From a virus, in IMG/VR virus record IMGVR_UViG_3300027747_004779, positions 1 to 64,000 of that record: a stretch of DNA of 64,000 nucleotides; one strand, given 5' to 3'. The notes below the pieces were generated by a model. It was not told the origin of the DNA and did no database searches. It worked only from the letters and a program-made list of their open reading frames with translations. This document shows, piece after piece, positions 27,901-39,290 of this stretch (its first letter is position 1; the number at the start of each line of letters is the position of its first letter). Both the position numbers and the translations under genes were made by a program.

Positions 27901-28537
27901 GTGTATTAAAATCGAATGTAACATACTTTGGAATATCGTTAATATTTTTTATTAAAACAATGTAGTTATATGAACGATCATAAATGTAATAGAATATTTG
28001 CGGACTTAATGCGCCAATTGCATCAAGCTGAATATCTTTTGTAAAGGAAAGATTACCGGTATAGTCAACAGTTAAATATCTAATAACATTATCATTTTCA
28101 TGTGAAATTTTACAGAATTGCTCTGTTATAAGCTCAATATCATAAAAATATTGGTTATTTATGTTTGTTAAATCACCAGTAACATTTACGTTAGCTATAT
28201 TAACACCAACTCCAGGCTCTTCTACAACCCAGAAACGCGCAGCAGGAGTAAGGGTACCAGCGGCATTAGCAGCAATATAAGAAGAAAAGCCATCATCACC
28301 AAGTTTATTAAGATTGTCAACATAGACCGCACTTGTCAATAAATCTTTTCTAGAAAGAAATATATTAGAGTAGTTATTAATCTTATTATCGTTTACTTCT
28401 CTAAGTGCATCATTGAGAGGTATATTGATACCTTGTTCAGAAAAAACTACATTTTCGTTAAATTTTAACCTATCGTCGTAGACATATCTAGATGTCAACC
28501 CTGTAAAATTTGTGGAATCTAGTGTTATAATGTCCAT
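24980..28537 (-). CDS. large baseplate-region structural protein with C-terminal LamG-like segment
   Basis: GYHNFAVRFDADGGYMYLFIDG motif; position in the tail module. Confidence 0.65.
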   Translation of the reverse strand: MDIITLDSTNFTGLTSRYVYDDRLKFNENVVFSEQGINIPLNDALREVNDNKINNYSNIFLSRKDLLTSAVYVDNLNKLGDDGFSSYIAANAAGTLTPAARFWVVEEPGVGVNIANVNVTGDLTNINNQYFYDIELITEQFCKISHENDNVIRYLTVDYTGNLSFTKDIQLDAIGALSPQIFYYIYDRSYNYIVLIKNINDIPKYVTFDFNTQELTLVNPVTATSVPYSVSSIFRVKPRNPIPNNTLLYDPWLSYNRDLKTNSQDVNNDRSFDNISSNLLLHSEYFNTSGKSIDLNILSLKNTNTPENKQSRGNPFFNEQSIEFREYQNLFTGSNQTRGNDNITLNYESYTTNIILKKDKVTYFHIPQIFYPFSRLNIQDSGLIEAGAIAGDHPLKSDKIFKKKADYKYTSNYGDTIEETSGEFLCAWLSGSADVNKRPIWVDRYYNPNSISFMKALTSSDLKAIRYISLFDCLANKASELLGDVDIFDKPSDLIFEKGTYYAYYHYGPKDVQNFINTLSEDLICFNFANYRYYDMSNVYSSTEATTEFAFNGKTYATTGSLSAIQASNQFTLIFDAYSSDWKSPLGYQLVGNYDRDGFGIFNQNIVTPTLFINSPSAIKVTNLQGKDLNSLSFNADIKAIMRQQGLNDFYLIMEDNTFRRFNLAYAETRRTSPTNGDKLGNLLDVDYTETFAYALIDNGGANNKKLNLLDFNSNEVTDITTRTVRYPRVVAYNSSLQTGKNLDYYPKTQKMYITPGIKSMRVDNDIYFLQDKNTLQRWRDIDASDVITDITTAFYSSTQIEDFSIDFDNNLWLLYNDNYYAKYTANREFILSGYIFEPGYKNYKINFTADFDNGKYNRYCVITQRAVNNNTKLKYTQFTLDGKDISSFTTTQLNGYTSYYIANSSIPANIFTTSKTLSSVYPSGILINTSISAAGYFSIVSFKSQLSSFFDPKTNANLNLSNDKFLRTTVKDKYASSNLNVKAKLTNVFNANDTVDTEIIFNLSALDAGYHNFAVRFDADGGYMYLFIDGQPQGYTEFLPRKYKFSNIVYRPFLIGSSNYAYSVPLFSYLKNTSFLVNDFTVKNFYLYDTPLYNCDMFMHARKNMEIHDISFDVACGRRNYLEEVERYFKLNTPGSKSTLFNLIIRNSGITDSSLREALEQRMVSILRNTVPVHTRLNTIKWSN

Positions 28538-28584
28538 GATAATTATTTATCAATATATTGATTTATTAAAACACATGGTGTTTA

Positions 28585-31500
28585 TTATAAAGCACTCAGT
28601 GCCATGGTATATGATTGCCCTCCATCCATCTGAGACCAATTGCCTGGCATAGCTATAAATGCATTGAGACTGCCCACACTACCCAATCCCAATTGACCGT
28701 CACCATTATACCCTGTGCCAAACCATTTGTCTGTACCTGCGCTCAATGCCATTGAGTCATTGTTAGTACACACCACTCGTGACCAATTGCCTGTACCTGA
28801 AACCGCTGTAAATGAAGATTTACTGATATTATTACCTAGTCCTAACTGACCTAGGGTGTTGTATCCTGTGCCAAACAATTTGGTAGTATCTGCACTAATG
28901 GCCATGGTGTGGGTTTGTCCGCTAGCCATGCTGCTCCAATTGCCTGCAACAGCCACAAATGATAAATTCACGCCGCCCAAACCGCTGCTACCTGTGCCTG
29001 CTTGACCACTGGAGTTATTCCCTGCGGAGAACCATTTGTTAGTACCTGCACTCATGGCCATGGTAGTACTACTGTCATGACTGCACATCACGTTGCTCCA
29101 GTCGCCTGCCACGGGTGTGAAAGTTTTTTGATCTGTGCCGGGAAAAGAACCACCTATGCCCAATTGACCATAGTAGTTACGGCCTGCGGCATACAATTTG
29201 GTGGTGCCTGCACTAATGGCCATGGTGTGGGATTGCCCACAAACCATCTTTGACCAATTGCCTGAGAGAGGTGCAAATGCACTCAGTCCAAGTACACTGC
29301 CCAATCCCAATTGACCATTATAATTGCTGCCTGCGCCAAACCATGCACTGGTGGTGCCAGCACTCAATGCTATTGTGTGGCTACCTCCACATACCATCTG
29401 TGACCAATTGCCAGTCAATGGCATGAATATGTTGGTTGAGGTGCTGTTGCCTATGCCCAACTGACCTGATTCGTTGTATCCTGTGCCAAACCATTTGTTA
29501 GTACCTGCACTCATGGCCATGGTGTGCAGACTTCCACACGCCACCTGCGACCAATAACCTGTTACAGCCGTAAAAGACTTGACAGTTGTTGAGTTATTAC
29601 CAATGCCAAGTGAACCATAGACGTTCCTCCCCGCACCATATAATGCTTGTATTAAAGCTGTCGGCGTTACAGATGGTGTAATGGAAGGTGTGATAGTAGG
29701 AGTCACTTTAGGAGTTGTTGATAAGGTGACGGAAGGTGTCACCGATGGGGTGTTAGTTGGTGTTACTGAAGATGTGGGTGTCGGTGTGATACTATCAGAA
29801 GCAGTTGGAGTTATTGTGGGCGTTTGTGAAGGCGTTTGTGTTACAGTTGGTGTATTGGTTGGTGTTTGTGTTGGTGTTTGTGTATTAGAAGGTGTATTAG
29901 TAGGTGTCTGAGTTGCAGTCGGTGTTTGTGTTGGTGTTAATGAAGGTGTTTGTGTTATAGTTGGTGTTTGTGTTGGTGTTAATGAAGGTGTTTGTGTTAT
30001 AGTTGGTGTCTGTGTTCTCGTAGGAGTTTGTGTTATCGTCGGTGTTACAGATGGTGTATTCGTCGGTGTTACAGATGGTGTATTGGTAGGTGTTACAGAT
30101 GGTGTTTGTGTTATAGTTGGCGTCTGTGTTCTCGTAGGAGTTTGTGTTATAGTTTGTGTTATCGTCGGTGTTACAGATGGTGTATTAGTTGGTGTTTGCG
30201 TTACTGTAGGTGTATTGGTCGGTGTTTGTGTATTTGTCGGTGTTACAGATGGTGTTGGCGAAGGATATATATCAGAATAATTTACATTTATAAGCGCTGA
30301 TCCTGTATTATAATAATAAAGGGTAAAGAAATTATTATTATTTGCAGATAAGATACCAGATTGCGTAACATATACAGGATTTATATCTATAGAAGTATTA
30401 TTAAAAGAAAATGCAGATAAGTAGCAATTAGCAAAATTATTCACATCAAAAACATTTTGTATTAATACTGAATGAGTAGGATCGAACTGTATTGTAAAAT
30501 AAGAAACTGTAGTACTAATTACAAGATTAGCTAAATTATATTCATTATAATTTGGTTGTATTGTTTCACCGTTTTCAGTAACAGGAATAATAGGTATGTT
30601 TGTCGGTGTGAGTGTGGGTGTATGGCTGGGAGTTACAGTAGGTGTAATAGTTACAGTAGGTGTAATAGTTACAGTAGGTGTACTAGTGGGTGTCTTAGTT
30701 ACTGTGGGTGTTGGTGTAGTAGTTGGCGTTTCAGAAGGTGTTACTGTATTAGTCGGTGTTACAGTAGGTGTTGAAGTCGGTGTAGACGTGGTAGTAGCTG
30801 AAGGTGTATTTGTGGGTGTCTCAGTAACTGTGGGTGTATTTGTGGGTGTCACAGTTACAGTTGGTGTATTTGTAGGGGTTTCTGAAGGAGTTGGTGTAAA
30901 TGTTGGGGTCTCTGAAGGCGTAGCGGTAGGTGCGGGTGTTTCAGATGGTGTCTGTGTTGTAGTAGGTGTATTAGTCGGTGTTTCAGATGGTGTCTGTGTT
31001 ATAGTAGGCGTATTAGTTGGTGTTTCAGATGGCGTTGGAGTGTTTGTAGGTGTTTCAGAAGGCGTTGGTGTATTAGTTGGTGTTTCAGATGGCGTTGGAG
31101 TGTTTGTAGGTGTTTCAGAAGGCGTTGGTGTATTAGTTGGTGTTTCAGAAGGCGTTTGCGTATTGGTAGGTGTCACTGTAGGTGTCTCAGTTACAGTTGG
31201 TGTATTAGTTGGTGTCTTTGTAGGTGTAAGCGTATTAGTGGGTGTGTTGGTAGGTGTTTCAGAAGGTGTAGATGTATTAGTTACAGTAGGAGTTATTGTA
31301 GGTGTCTGTGTTTTAGTCGGTGTTATAGTAGGTGTTCTTGTTGGTGTAAGAGTAGGGGCAGGCGTACTTTGTGGTGTTCGTGTGACAGTTGGTGTATGGC
31401 TTGGCGTACAAGTGCGTGTGGGCGTATTACTCGGGGTATTAGCAGGGGTTTTCGAAGGTGTAACTGTTACTGAAGGTGTGTTTGTAGGTGTAACAGAAGG

Positions 31501-32838
31501 CGATATAGTAGGTGTTGGAGTTTCAGTTACTGAAGGTGTCGGTGTTGCAGAAGGAATGATTGCCTGTTTTTTACCAACTTGCCAATATATTTTATTATCA
31601 GTTACAATGTATGGCTCATATTTGTAGGTTTCATAATCGAACACTCGATACGCGGGTGTGACAGGTGTTGCTGCAATGGGTGTTCCATCCCATGCTGAAA
31701 CCTGAAGCAATGAGGTAATATTATCTATCCTACTGGCATATGCATAGTAGCCATCGTTTGATCCTGCGAATAAAACACCAATGCATTTCCACGCACTTAA
31801 AATTGGGTTTGTTGAATTAATACATGCATATACTAGTGCTCCAGAGTCGCCACCGGAGGATGCAACAATGTTTGATGTGGGGCTTGTTATTTCAAGTATA
31901 TCGCCAAAAGGAAGAACGCCTGCATTGCCAAACCCATTAACATATATAAAAACAGATGTATCAACAACTCTTAAATCGCAAGATCCATTACCAACAGGGC
32001 CTGTTGTGCGACCTGATTTAAATATTGGGTCATTTAATGTTAAGTTATTAATTTCTTCTGTAGTAGCAAAATTTATAGGTACGCGAAAAGGTGCGGAAAG
32101 TGTATACCAACTATTAGTTCCAATAAGAGAATCATCGAGGTTTACGACTGCAACGTCTACAAAGTTTATATCAGTATCGGTTAACGGATAGCATCTTTTA
32201 GTATTGCCAATAATATCTGCAGCGTTGTTTACAATACCACTATCCCATGAAGAGTTTTGATAACAATTAATTAACCTATAAGCAGATGAAGTTGAACCAT
32301 AAGTATCACCAGCAAAGAAGAACGGTGTTTCGCTTTCATAATAAGACCCGCCAGGTGCACCTGCAACGTGGTTACAGGTGAGCCCAACCAATTTACCGTC
32401 TATAGTATCAACAACAATACCGCCTAAAGTACCAGTGTTCACATACCCATCGGGTGGAGGTGCTGCCATAGACACACCGCCGCTAAGTGGTCTAACTCGA
32501 GCACGATTATAGCTTACCGGAGGCGGTACATTCGGTGGAACACTTCTATCGCCGGTATTATAACAATATCCTGTAATAAGTGATATGGGCCTTGCTTCGT
32601 ATACATCAGTCTTATATTCTTTATTATCTATTGTAATTGTTGGCGGTACTAAATGTTCTGGTTTTACATATCGATACGTATATTTTTTTTCAACCCCAAA
32701 GCGAATAGACAATATGTTAGTGCGTATACTTTTAACTTCTTTATATCCTAAGCTAACTGCAAGAGAGTTATACTTTTTACTTTTATAAAAAGCTAAAAGC
32801 TCTTCGCGTACTTTTTTATAATGCGAATTAGTTATCAT
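28585..32838 (-). CDS. trypsin-like serine protease / mucin-like linkers / RCC1-repeat protein
   Basis: TGTLG, LTCNHV, VDVA, KSGRTTG and GGDSG motifs; two long TP tracts; ~7 repeats G.N..GQLG.G..NWS...CG..HTMA. Confidence 0.85.
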   Translation of the reverse strand: MITNSHYKKVREELLAFYKSKKYNSLAVSLGYKEVKSIRTNILSIRFGVEKKYTYRYVKPEHLVPPTITIDNKEYKTDVYEARPISLITGYCYNTGDRSVPPNVPPPVSYNRARVRPLSGGVSMAAPPPDGYVNTGTLGGIVVDTIDGKLVGLTCNHVAGAPGGSYYESETPFFFAGDTYGSTSSAYRLINCYQNSSWDSGIVNNAADIIGNTKRCYPLTDTDINFVDVAVVNLDDSLIGTNSWYTLSAPFRVPINFATTEEINNLTLNDPIFKSGRTTGPVGNGSCDLRVVDTSVFIYVNGFGNAGVLPFGDILEITSPTSNIVASSGGDSGALVYACINSTNPILSAWKCIGVLFAGSNDGYYAYASRIDNITSLLQVSAWDGTPIAATPVTPAYRVFDYETYKYEPYIVTDNKIYWQVGKKQAIIPSATPTPSVTETPTPTISPSVTPTNTPSVTVTPSKTPANTPSNTPTRTCTPSHTPTVTRTPQSTPAPTLTPTRTPTITPTKTQTPTITPTVTNTSTPSETPTNTPTNTLTPTKTPTNTPTVTETPTVTPTNTQTPSETPTNTPTPSETPTNTPTPSETPTNTPTPSETPTNTPTPSETPTNTPTITQTPSETPTNTPTTTQTPSETPAPTATPSETPTFTPTPSETPTNTPTVTVTPTNTPTVTETPTNTPSATTTSTPTSTPTVTPTNTVTPSETPTTTPTPTVTKTPTSTPTVTITPTVTITPTVTPSHTPTLTPTNIPIIPVTENGETIQPNYNEYNLANLVISTTVSYFTIQFDPTHSVLIQNVFDVNNFANCYLSAFSFNNTSIDINPVYVTQSGILSANNNNFFTLYYYNTGSALINVNYSDIYPSPTPSVTPTNTQTPTNTPTVTQTPTNTPSVTPTITQTITQTPTRTQTPTITQTPSVTPTNTPSVTPTNTPSVTPTITQTPTRTQTPTITQTPSLTPTQTPTITQTPSLTPTQTPTATQTPTNTPSNTQTPTQTPTNTPTVTQTPSQTPTITPTASDSITPTPTSSVTPTNTPSVTPSVTLSTTPKVTPTITPSITPSVTPTALIQALYGAGRNVYGSLGIGNNSTTVKSFTAVTGYWSQVACGSLHTMAMSAGTNKWFGTGYNESGQLGIGNSTSTNIFMPLTGNWSQMVCGGSHTIALSAGTTSAWFGAGSNYNGQLGLGSVLGLSAFAPLSGNWSKMVCGQSHTMAISAGTTKLYAAGRNYYGQLGIGGSFPGTDQKTFTPVAGDWSNVMCSHDSSTTMAMSAGTNKWFSAGNNSSGQAGTGSSGLGGVNLSFVAVAGNWSSMASGQTHTMAISADTTKLFGTGYNTLGQLGLGNNISKSSFTAVSGTGNWSRVVCTNNDSMALSAGTDKWFGTGYNGDGQLGLGSVGSLNAFIAMPGNWSQMDGGQSYTMALSAL

Positions 32839-32839
32839 A

Positions 32840-33712
32840 TTAACTGTAAGTCACAAACTCTACTGTTAGCTGCTCAGGATTTGATGTAGTGGGTGTTACT
32901 GAAGGTGTCGGTGTTAATGTCGGTGTAACTGTCGGCGTTGGTGTAACTGTCGGTGTGACTGTCGGTGTCGGGGTCGGGGTATATTTCATTCCGTTTGATG
33001 ACACAGTCTTACTTGTAGTAGAACTAAGCAACAAAAAGTTACTAACATAGTTCGTTCCATCTGTATCAATTTCAAATACCTCAACACTTTTTATTGCTTT
33101 ATCTACGCTACGTGTTAACTGCGCAGTATTAATGAGGTGAAAATCATCAAACTTGAATATAGTATCCGGAATGAGAGTTATTTTAAGATTAAAGATATTA
33201 AGAGAAAGATCTCCGTTAACAACAGTAATTGTCGGATAATATGTCGTACTTAAAAGTGATGTCGGCGTAAAGGTAAAATCAACATTCGTATCTTTTGGAG
33301 AGCCGGGATCTAGTACCGCGGTATTATTTGACAATACATTCTGAACTATACCTTTTTCTATATTCCTAACATTATCATTGCCTTCAAAATCATATAAAAT
33401 CTTCATTATCGCGTAATACGTTTCATCTAGAGCGGATGGGACAATGGTAAGTGTTGTTATTCCCTTGAATAGGCCCAGATCTGCGCTTAAGATTGTATTG
33501 TAAACTGGATAACCCCACGGGAAATAGAGACCTCCGTTAGCTGTAAGCGGAAACACGTATCCACCAGATGTAGTGCTAAAAAAACTGCCATCTGCACTCT
33601 GTGGGTAGTCTATATTTGTACCGAATACCGGGTCGATAAAAAGATAATGATTTATTATGGTCGGGTACTGTATAGTTTGGTAACTAGAGAGTACGTAATT
33701 AATATAATTCAC
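32840..33712 (-). CDS. structural protein with C-terminal TP tract
   Basis: [13 protein letters not shown] tail. Confidence 0.7.
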   Translation of the reverse strand: MNYINYVLSSYQTIQYPTIINHYLFIDPVFGTNIDYPQSADGSFFSTTSGGYVFPLTANGGLYFPWGYPVYNTILSADLGLFKGITTLTIVPSALDETYYAIMKILYDFEGNDNVRNIEKGIVQNVLSNNTAVLDPGSPKDTNVDFTFTPTSLLSTTYYPTITVVNGDLSLNIFNLKITLIPDTIFKFDDFHLINTAQLTRSVDKAIKSVEVFEIDTDGTNYVSNFLLLSSTTSKTVSSNGMKYTPTPTPTVTPTVTPTPTVTPTLTPTPSVTPTTSNPEQLTVEFVTYS

Positions 33713-33752
33713 ATTATTATTTACTAATAATAGGTATATATACCCGTGAAAA

Positions 33753-36083
33753 CTAACTCTCTTTTCTTAATTCGCTCTTATAATGCGCAAATCTATTATG
33801 TTCTATAGGAGATAGTAATAATACCGCACTGTTTACAGTGCCTTCTTTTGTTAATTGAAAGATATAAGACATCCAAGTTTGTTCAAAAGGATGGGCCCAA
33901 GTAGTTGTTAAAAACATCTTTTTATTACCTTCTCGTGATACAATCTGCGGCCAGTTACAGTAATAAACATCGCCTGTTGCATAGGCTAGACCCTCAAGAG
34001 TTTTAATATTCTTAAATTCAGTCTTTGGTGATTTTGGATCTGTCCCTATTTCAGGAAGTTTACAGTAATTAGGCCAAAACTTTTCACGTATATTCTGTGG
34101 CACATTATACCACGACCATTGTGTGGTGTTATTACCATAAAATTCAGTAAAAGAAAACTTTATAAAGTCCAGCTCTTCCTTATGCATAATTTTATGAATT
34201 TTTGAAAATAGATTAGATACATACCTGGCAAAACCACTCTTACATCTATCACCGTTTTCTTCTAGAAGATACATATCATCCTCTAGAAAAATATAATGCT
34301 TTGCGTCTGTCTTATCAAAATGCTCAGCAATGAATTGTCGACCGCCACATATACCTAGATTATCTTTTTTAATATGCTCAAAATTATACTGCTTACAAAT
34401 TCTCTTATATTCCTCAGTAGTTGACAAATCTGTACTATTATCTAACAAATAATTTGTAGTTTCGGAAATAAATCCTGGGTGTTTGGTATATGACTCGCAA
34501 AGCGTTTCAAATTGTTTCGGTGAATTAAAGGTTATAACATATAAGCTTGTGCCTGCATATTCTTTTACTTTAAGTTTTGCAGCATCTTCAACTTTAGTAT
34601 TTTTTAAATCTTCAAAAAATTTACCAATAAGACCATTTCCATCAATAGAAAATAAACTAAATAAATCGCGATTAAGGTATGTCATAAGAGTGAAAATACT
34701 CTCCTCTGTACCCATATATCCTTCATTAAGAGTCTGTTGCAAGAGCCCGTAATACATTCCGTTAGCTTGACTAATCGTTTCTTTTGGTCCTCCGAAAAAT
34801 CCTCCTCTGCAAACATATTCAACATTTTTTGTTTGCGCAAGTTCATTCATTTTTGTTCTTGTAAATCCATGTATCTCGCCACCCTCGGGATACGGAAAGC
34901 TTATAAACATAAATTTATCAACTATTTTCGAAAGCTTTTCTTGCACTTTATCGTGCGTAAAATACCCCCAGTGCACAGTATTTGTTATACCAGCATCAAT
35001 CCAATAAAATTGTTTAGAGTTAAATGGGTTCCATATTGAAACGTTATTAAGCATAAACATTTTGCTCATAACCAAAGGGTTGTACATTTTTAATTTCGCT
35101 TGCGTCGACTCTGCCAGCCAACCGGCTTGTCCCAGCCATTCAGGCTTTTTGCGTATAGTATCTGTTATATCAGTAAAAGGAAACCATTTTTCGAGTTCCT
35201 GTAAACTCATAGTATTAACTACTGTATTTGATCTACTTCTGTGCTTCCATACCAACTCTTCATCAGCTTTATCAATGAAAATATATAGATTTACAGGTGC
35301 TTTAAGAAGTTCAATAAACTTATCCAAGTACGTCTGATAAGAGCGATGAAAGGATGTACCAATATCTCCTCTTCCTAGATTCCAAAGACCGGTAACGAAC
35401 GTTAGCGAAGAATCAGTTGTTACGGGAAATTTATTTTCTGTTTCTTGTTTCTGTTGTTCTACTTTTTCTGCTATACTGTTTAAATTAATAATAGCTTTAT
35501 GTGGATAATCTTTTTTAATCTCAGTTTCATCAGGTAAATCTATTGTATATATAATTTGATCATTATTTAAAGTATTCTTGTTTAAAAAAACGCCATAATC
35601 ATATCGAACACAAAACGCTGTATAATTTTTATATGTGTCTATAAATTTTCTATAAGTTAATTTATCTTGTACATGTATTTCATGAGTATTACCGTAATGC
35701 TCGCCTTGCGACGCCATAAACGGCACAGCTATTATAACATGTGTTTTAGTATCATCGATCTTGCTTAGTAGTTTTAGAGAATCTTCCTCACTAATATGCT
35801 CTAATACATCGCCAAAAATAATTAAATCATAGGAGTTAAGATCTATATTCGAATTAATTATATTTTCATTAAATACTTTATTATACTTACCTTTGAGTTG
35901 ATAGTCTTCAATATATTTTGCAAATACTTCAACACAATCAAGATTTGTATAACCTAAAGGTTTTAGGAGATTAGAATATGTACCGACACCAGGTCCAACA
36001 TCTAATATTTTTATATCTGTTTTAAAGTTTTTTACAATGTAGTCTAATGTCTCAGTCTTAAAGAAACTCGTAGATACGGGCAT
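33753..36083 (-). CDS. multidomain SAM methyltransferase / HtrL-YibB-like / GT-A protein
   Basis: ILDVGPGVG and FGDVLEH; TFVTGLWNLGR, YWIDAG, GGFFGG, GTEESIF; C-terminal NLGICGGR and FLEDD. Confidence 0.8.
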   Translation of the reverse strand: MPVSTSFFKTETLDYIVKNFKTDIKILDVGPGVGTYSNLLKPLGYTNLDCVEVFAKYIEDYQLKGKYNKVFNENIINSNIDLNSYDLIIFGDVLEHISEEDSLKLLSKIDDTKTHVIIAVPFMASQGEHYGNTHEIHVQDKLTYRKFIDTYKNYTAFCVRYDYGVFLNKNTLNNDQIIYTIDLPDETEIKKDYPHKAIINLNSIAEKVEQQKQETENKFPVTTDSSLTFVTGLWNLGRGDIGTSFHRSYQTYLDKFIELLKAPVNLYIFIDKADEELVWKHRSRSNTVVNTMSLQELEKWFPFTDITDTIRKKPEWLGQAGWLAESTQAKLKMYNPLVMSKMFMLNNVSIWNPFNSKQFYWIDAGITNTVHWGYFTHDKVQEKLSKIVDKFMFISFPYPEGGEIHGFTRTKMNELAQTKNVEYVCRGGFFGGPKETISQANGMYYGLLQQTLNEGYMGTEESIFTLMTYLNRDLFSLFSIDGNGLIGKFFEDLKNTKVEDAAKLKVKEYAGTSLYVITFNSPKQFETLCESYTKHPGFISETTNYLLDNSTDLSTTEEYKRICKQYNFEHIKKDNLGICGGRQFIAEHFDKTDAKHYIFLEDDMYLLEENGDRCKSGFARYVSNLFSKIHKIMHKEELDFIKFSFTEFYGNNTTQWSWYNVPQNIREKFWPNYCKLPEIGTDPKSPKTEFKNIKTLEGLAYATGDVYYCNWPQIVSREGNKKMFLTTTWAHPFEQTWMSYIFQLTKEGTVNSAVLLLSPIEHNRFAHYKSELRKES

Positions 36084-36112
36084 ACAATTATATAATTAAC
36101 TTCAAAAAAATA

Positions 36113-37018
36113 TCAAGACGCGGGTAAATCATATATTCTAGTAAAGACCTTATAGAAACTGTCGCCGTCTTTATCTAGTACACTACAACGTTCACCGGGG
36201 GAATGGAAATACCAAGTATAAAACTTATGAAGTTCGAATAATTCTGGATATGCAGAATATAAAGCACTAAAAATTTGCTCTTCAAGTACATGTACATCTT
36301 TTGTTAGAAAATATTTCAATACATCACTGTAAATAGCAAAAAACTGCTTAAATGGTTCTTTATAGCCGCCAAAAAGCCCGCCAATAAGATGATTTGTCAT
36401 TGGTGATACATTTTTCTTGCAGTATTCGGATATAATATGATGAACCGGTGTAGGGTCGCCTTGAAACGGTAAAGAGCAAAAGAAAAGTTTATCCTGGAGA
36501 ATAGAGTTAGATAAATTTTGACTTAATCTGGGGTTAAAGATATTATTCGGATTATTTGGATAATAGTGTGCCGGTGATATTACACTTAACAATTCAACAC
36601 CGCCAACTCTTTCTGGAAAAATACCATGATGTGTAAGCCCGCTATCAATCCAAAAATATTTGTCTGAGGGAAAATAGTTCTTTTCAATAGTATCGTTAAT
36701 CCAGTATGCTTTACTAAAGCAAAGTGTTTCGTTACGATCGTTTAATGTTATTTTTTTTATAATTCTTTTCTTAAATTCTAATGCCGCTTCACAGAACTCA
36801 AAACCGCTAATGTGATGCGGTATAACCTTAAAATCTTTCATATATGCTGACACTCGGCTCTCTACAATAGGTGCATCTTCATGGCTCGTGTAAATTACAA
36901 TAGGGCAATTTAAATTAGCGATATTTCTTAATGAAGAATCAAAAAAAGATACATCCCTTCCACGGCCGCCATAAATTGTATTAATATTATGGCTATAAAT
37001 AGCTGTTACAAGTGTCAT
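36113..37018 (-). CDS. HtrL/YibB-like putative glycosyltransferase
   Basis: TLVTA, FSK, FWIDSG, GGLFGG, EEQIF; paralog of the central domain of 33753..36083. Confidence 0.75.
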   Translation of the reverse strand: MTLVTAIYSHNINTIYGGRGRDVSFFDSSLRNIANLNCPIVIYTSHEDAPIVESRVSAYMKDFKVIPHHISGFEFCEAALEFKKRIIKKITLNDRNETLCFSKAYWINDTIEKNYFPSDKYFWIDSGLTHHGIFPERVGGVELLSVISPAHYYPNNPNNIFNPRLSQNLSNSILQDKLFFCSLPFQGDPTPVHHIISEYCKKNVSPMTNHLIGGLFGGYKEPFKQFFAIYSDVLKYFLTKDVHVLEEQIFSALYSAYPELFELHKFYTWYFHSPGERCSVLDKDGDSFYKVFTRIYDLPAS

Positions 37019-37746
37019 ATCTCCACTCCAAGCTTACCGTACTTTCTTAAGTTAAGACAATGATCGAAATTTTGCATACTATTTGCAAGAGGATGAATAT
37101 ACGCATTCCATTGATATGTCATTAGATAATGATTTTTATCGTAAGTACCGTTAATGTCCGACTGATTATCGATTTGTGTCACTATAGGATATTTAGCACA
37201 AAAGCTTTTAAATTTAGGATAAATTGCAATGTCAAAATACTGATCTATTGCATTATGCATATGTACGTTTTCTATAATTTCGTTTGTATTCCATTTAGTC
37301 ACCGCTTCTGCTACTCTTCTATTGTAAATAAATCCTGATGTTCCAAATATTCCGCGGTGTCTATTGGGGTCTTTTGGCGGTACATTAGATAAATCTGTTA
37401 AAATACCATCTGGTTTATGTATAGGGCGATGAATCGAGGGAGCAAAGTGAAATAGGTCCCAATCCGTATGGTTTAATGCATTTTCTACATTTTCTAATAA
37501 CACTTTTGCATACGGCATAAAAAACAAATCATCTTCCATGACAATAATATGCTCATCGTTGCTATCTAAAAGCATTTGTGCAATAGCCATGTGCGATAAT
37601 CCGCAGCCAATATAGCTTTTTTTGTCAATACCCTCAAATGCAATAAAATCCCAGCCCATATATTCCATTTCTTTTCTTGAATGCTCAAGTCTATCAGGTC
37701 TTCTTTTAAGGTTTATAATATATTTTTTTATGGAATTAATATTCAT
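37015..37746 (-). CDS. glycosyltransferase family 25-like
   Basis: YIINLKRRPDR, GCGLSH, VMEDD, AID motifs. Confidence 0.85.
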   Translation of the reverse strand: MNINSIKKYIINLKRRPDRLEHSRKEMEYMGWDFIAFEGIDKKSYIGCGLSHMAIAQMLLDSNDEHIIVMEDDLFFMPYAKVLLENVENALNHTDWDLFHFAPSIHRPIHKPDGILTDLSNVPPKDPNRHRGIFGTSGFIYNRRVAEAVTKWNTNEIIENVHMHNAIDQYFDIAIYPKFKSFCAKYPIVTQIDNQSDINGTYDKNHYLMTYQWNAYIHPLANSMQNFDHCLNLRKYGKLGVEI

Positions 37747-38501
37747 GTATTATACCTTAGATTACTTATATCATAATGCCCTCTACGGTGAACAAAAATA
37801 ACAGCGTCATTCTGCATAGCTGTCTGTAAAGTTCTTGTAAAATCTGTCCAGTAGCCATATCTATCGATATCCTGTTTTTTACAGTTATACCGTGATACCA
37901 ATATAGAATATACACTCTGATCATGTCTATGATTCTCTTCATCTCCTACTACACAGCCTTCAATTTTAGAATACTCAAAGGCTTCATTTATTAAAGACTG
38001 GTATTTACCTCGAGACTTATACCCTAAAATACCTGAAGATATAATTGTATCATTAAGCTCACCGTCTGTAGCATTCATTATTTCACGACATTTCTTTTTT
38101 GTAAATGTGCATGTTAAATGAACGTCACCGACTACAAAAATCTCTTCTTTTTCAATAATATCAAACATCTCTTTTATGTCTTTTAATAACATTACACCTG
38201 CATCAAGCCATAATACGTTGTTACCGTAATTTTGCGCATCGTATACGCAAAATAATTTATACGCGTGACCGCTAGGTAATAGATAGTTTTTGTAAGGTAG
38301 CGGGGATAAGCTAGAGAAATTAAGTAGTGTTACTTTTTGTATTTTTGAAAGTATAGACTTATTTTCTTCATCTAAATTTAAGTCGTAAACAAATATTTGA
38401 TCAACAGTATCAAAACTATGTTGATGTATACTACTTATTAATGTCTTTAGCGATTCAAAATAAAGATCGTTAGCTGCTGTAATTACAATGTTTCTATACA
38501 T
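37743..38501 (-). CDS. GT-A fold glycosyltransferase (DUF1647-like)
   Basis: VITAA...YF, VYDL.L, AYK, LWLDAG, NHRHDQS. Confidence 0.75.
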   Translation of the reverse strand: MYRNIVITAANDLYFESLKTLISSIHQHSFDTVDQIFVYDLNLDEENKSILSKIQKVTLLNFSSLSPLPYKNYLLPSGHAYKLFCVYDAQNYGNNVLWLDAGVMLLKDIKEMFDIIEKEEIFVVGDVHLTCTFTKKKCREIMNATDGELNDTIISSGILGYKSRGKYQSLINEAFEYSKIEGCVVGDEENHRHDQSVYSILVSRYNCKKQDIDRYGYWTDFTRTLQTAMQNDAVIFVHRRGHYDISNLRYNT

Positions 38502-39289
38502 TTCTGTATTAAATGCTCGGGGTGAATATACTGTTTTGCTTTTTCAAAATTTTCTTTCACGCTATCGAGCATGGATAAATATAATTCAGGTGTGAGTGTA
38601 GATAATATTTCTGGCAATTGTTCCGGGTCTTTAAAACGTAAAATGCTTGTTGTATTGAAATATTTTTCAATTGCCGGACATCCTAGATAAATAGGAATTG
38701 TACCGGTTAAGAGACAATCTAATAATTTTTCTGTAAAATAATCTTCTTCTTCACTATTTTCAACTACAATAGAAAAATAAAAATCTTTATGTGCTTCTAT
38801 TTTGTATGGAATTCGATTATTGCAACCGCTGCCAAAGAAAGAAATATTAGTAGTTGTTTTTAACATATCATAAATTCTGTGTCGCTGTCTATGGTAACCG
38901 TTCCACTGCTTATCTGAAAAAAGAAAACTCATTAACTGTGTTTTTGGGTATATTTCTAATTCATTCTGCCTTAGCCACGTACCACCGTGAGGTATAAATT
39001 TGAAGTTGTTAATTTTTGTTTCTATATTTCTATAGTAAGAAAATACATATTTAAATTTCTCATAATTTTTAATAATATTATTATAATTGTCGCCGTTAAT
39101 AATAGGTGGCTCTATTATCCATGCATAGTTTTGCTTTGTATTATCTATTGGTTGGTTAAAGCAAAATTTATCTGTATATATACCAATATCATAATCTGCT
39201 ATTTCACGTTGCCAGCCTACCTGCGGGTCAATATAAGGGCAAAGCCCAGGCTGACCTAATAAATTTTCATCAAAAAATCTTATATTCAT
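38483..39289 (-). CDS. glycosyltransferase family 10-like
   Basis: FSIVVENS..DYFTEKLLDCLLTGTIPIYLG. Confidence 0.85.
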   Translation of the reverse strand: MNIRFFDENLLGQPGLCPYIDPQVGWQREIADYDIGIYTDKFCFNQPIDNTKQNYAWIIEPPIINGDNYNNIIKNYEKFKYVFSYYRNIETKINNFKFIPHGGTWLRQNELEIYPKTQLMSFLFSDKQWNGYHRQRHRIYDMLKTTTNISFFGSGCNNRIPYKIEAHKDFYFSIVVENSEEEDYFTEKLLDCLLTGTIPIYLGCPAIEKYFNTTSILRFKDPEQLPEILSTLTPELYLSMLDSVKENFEKAKQYIHPEHLIQKCIETL

Positions 39290-39290
39290 A

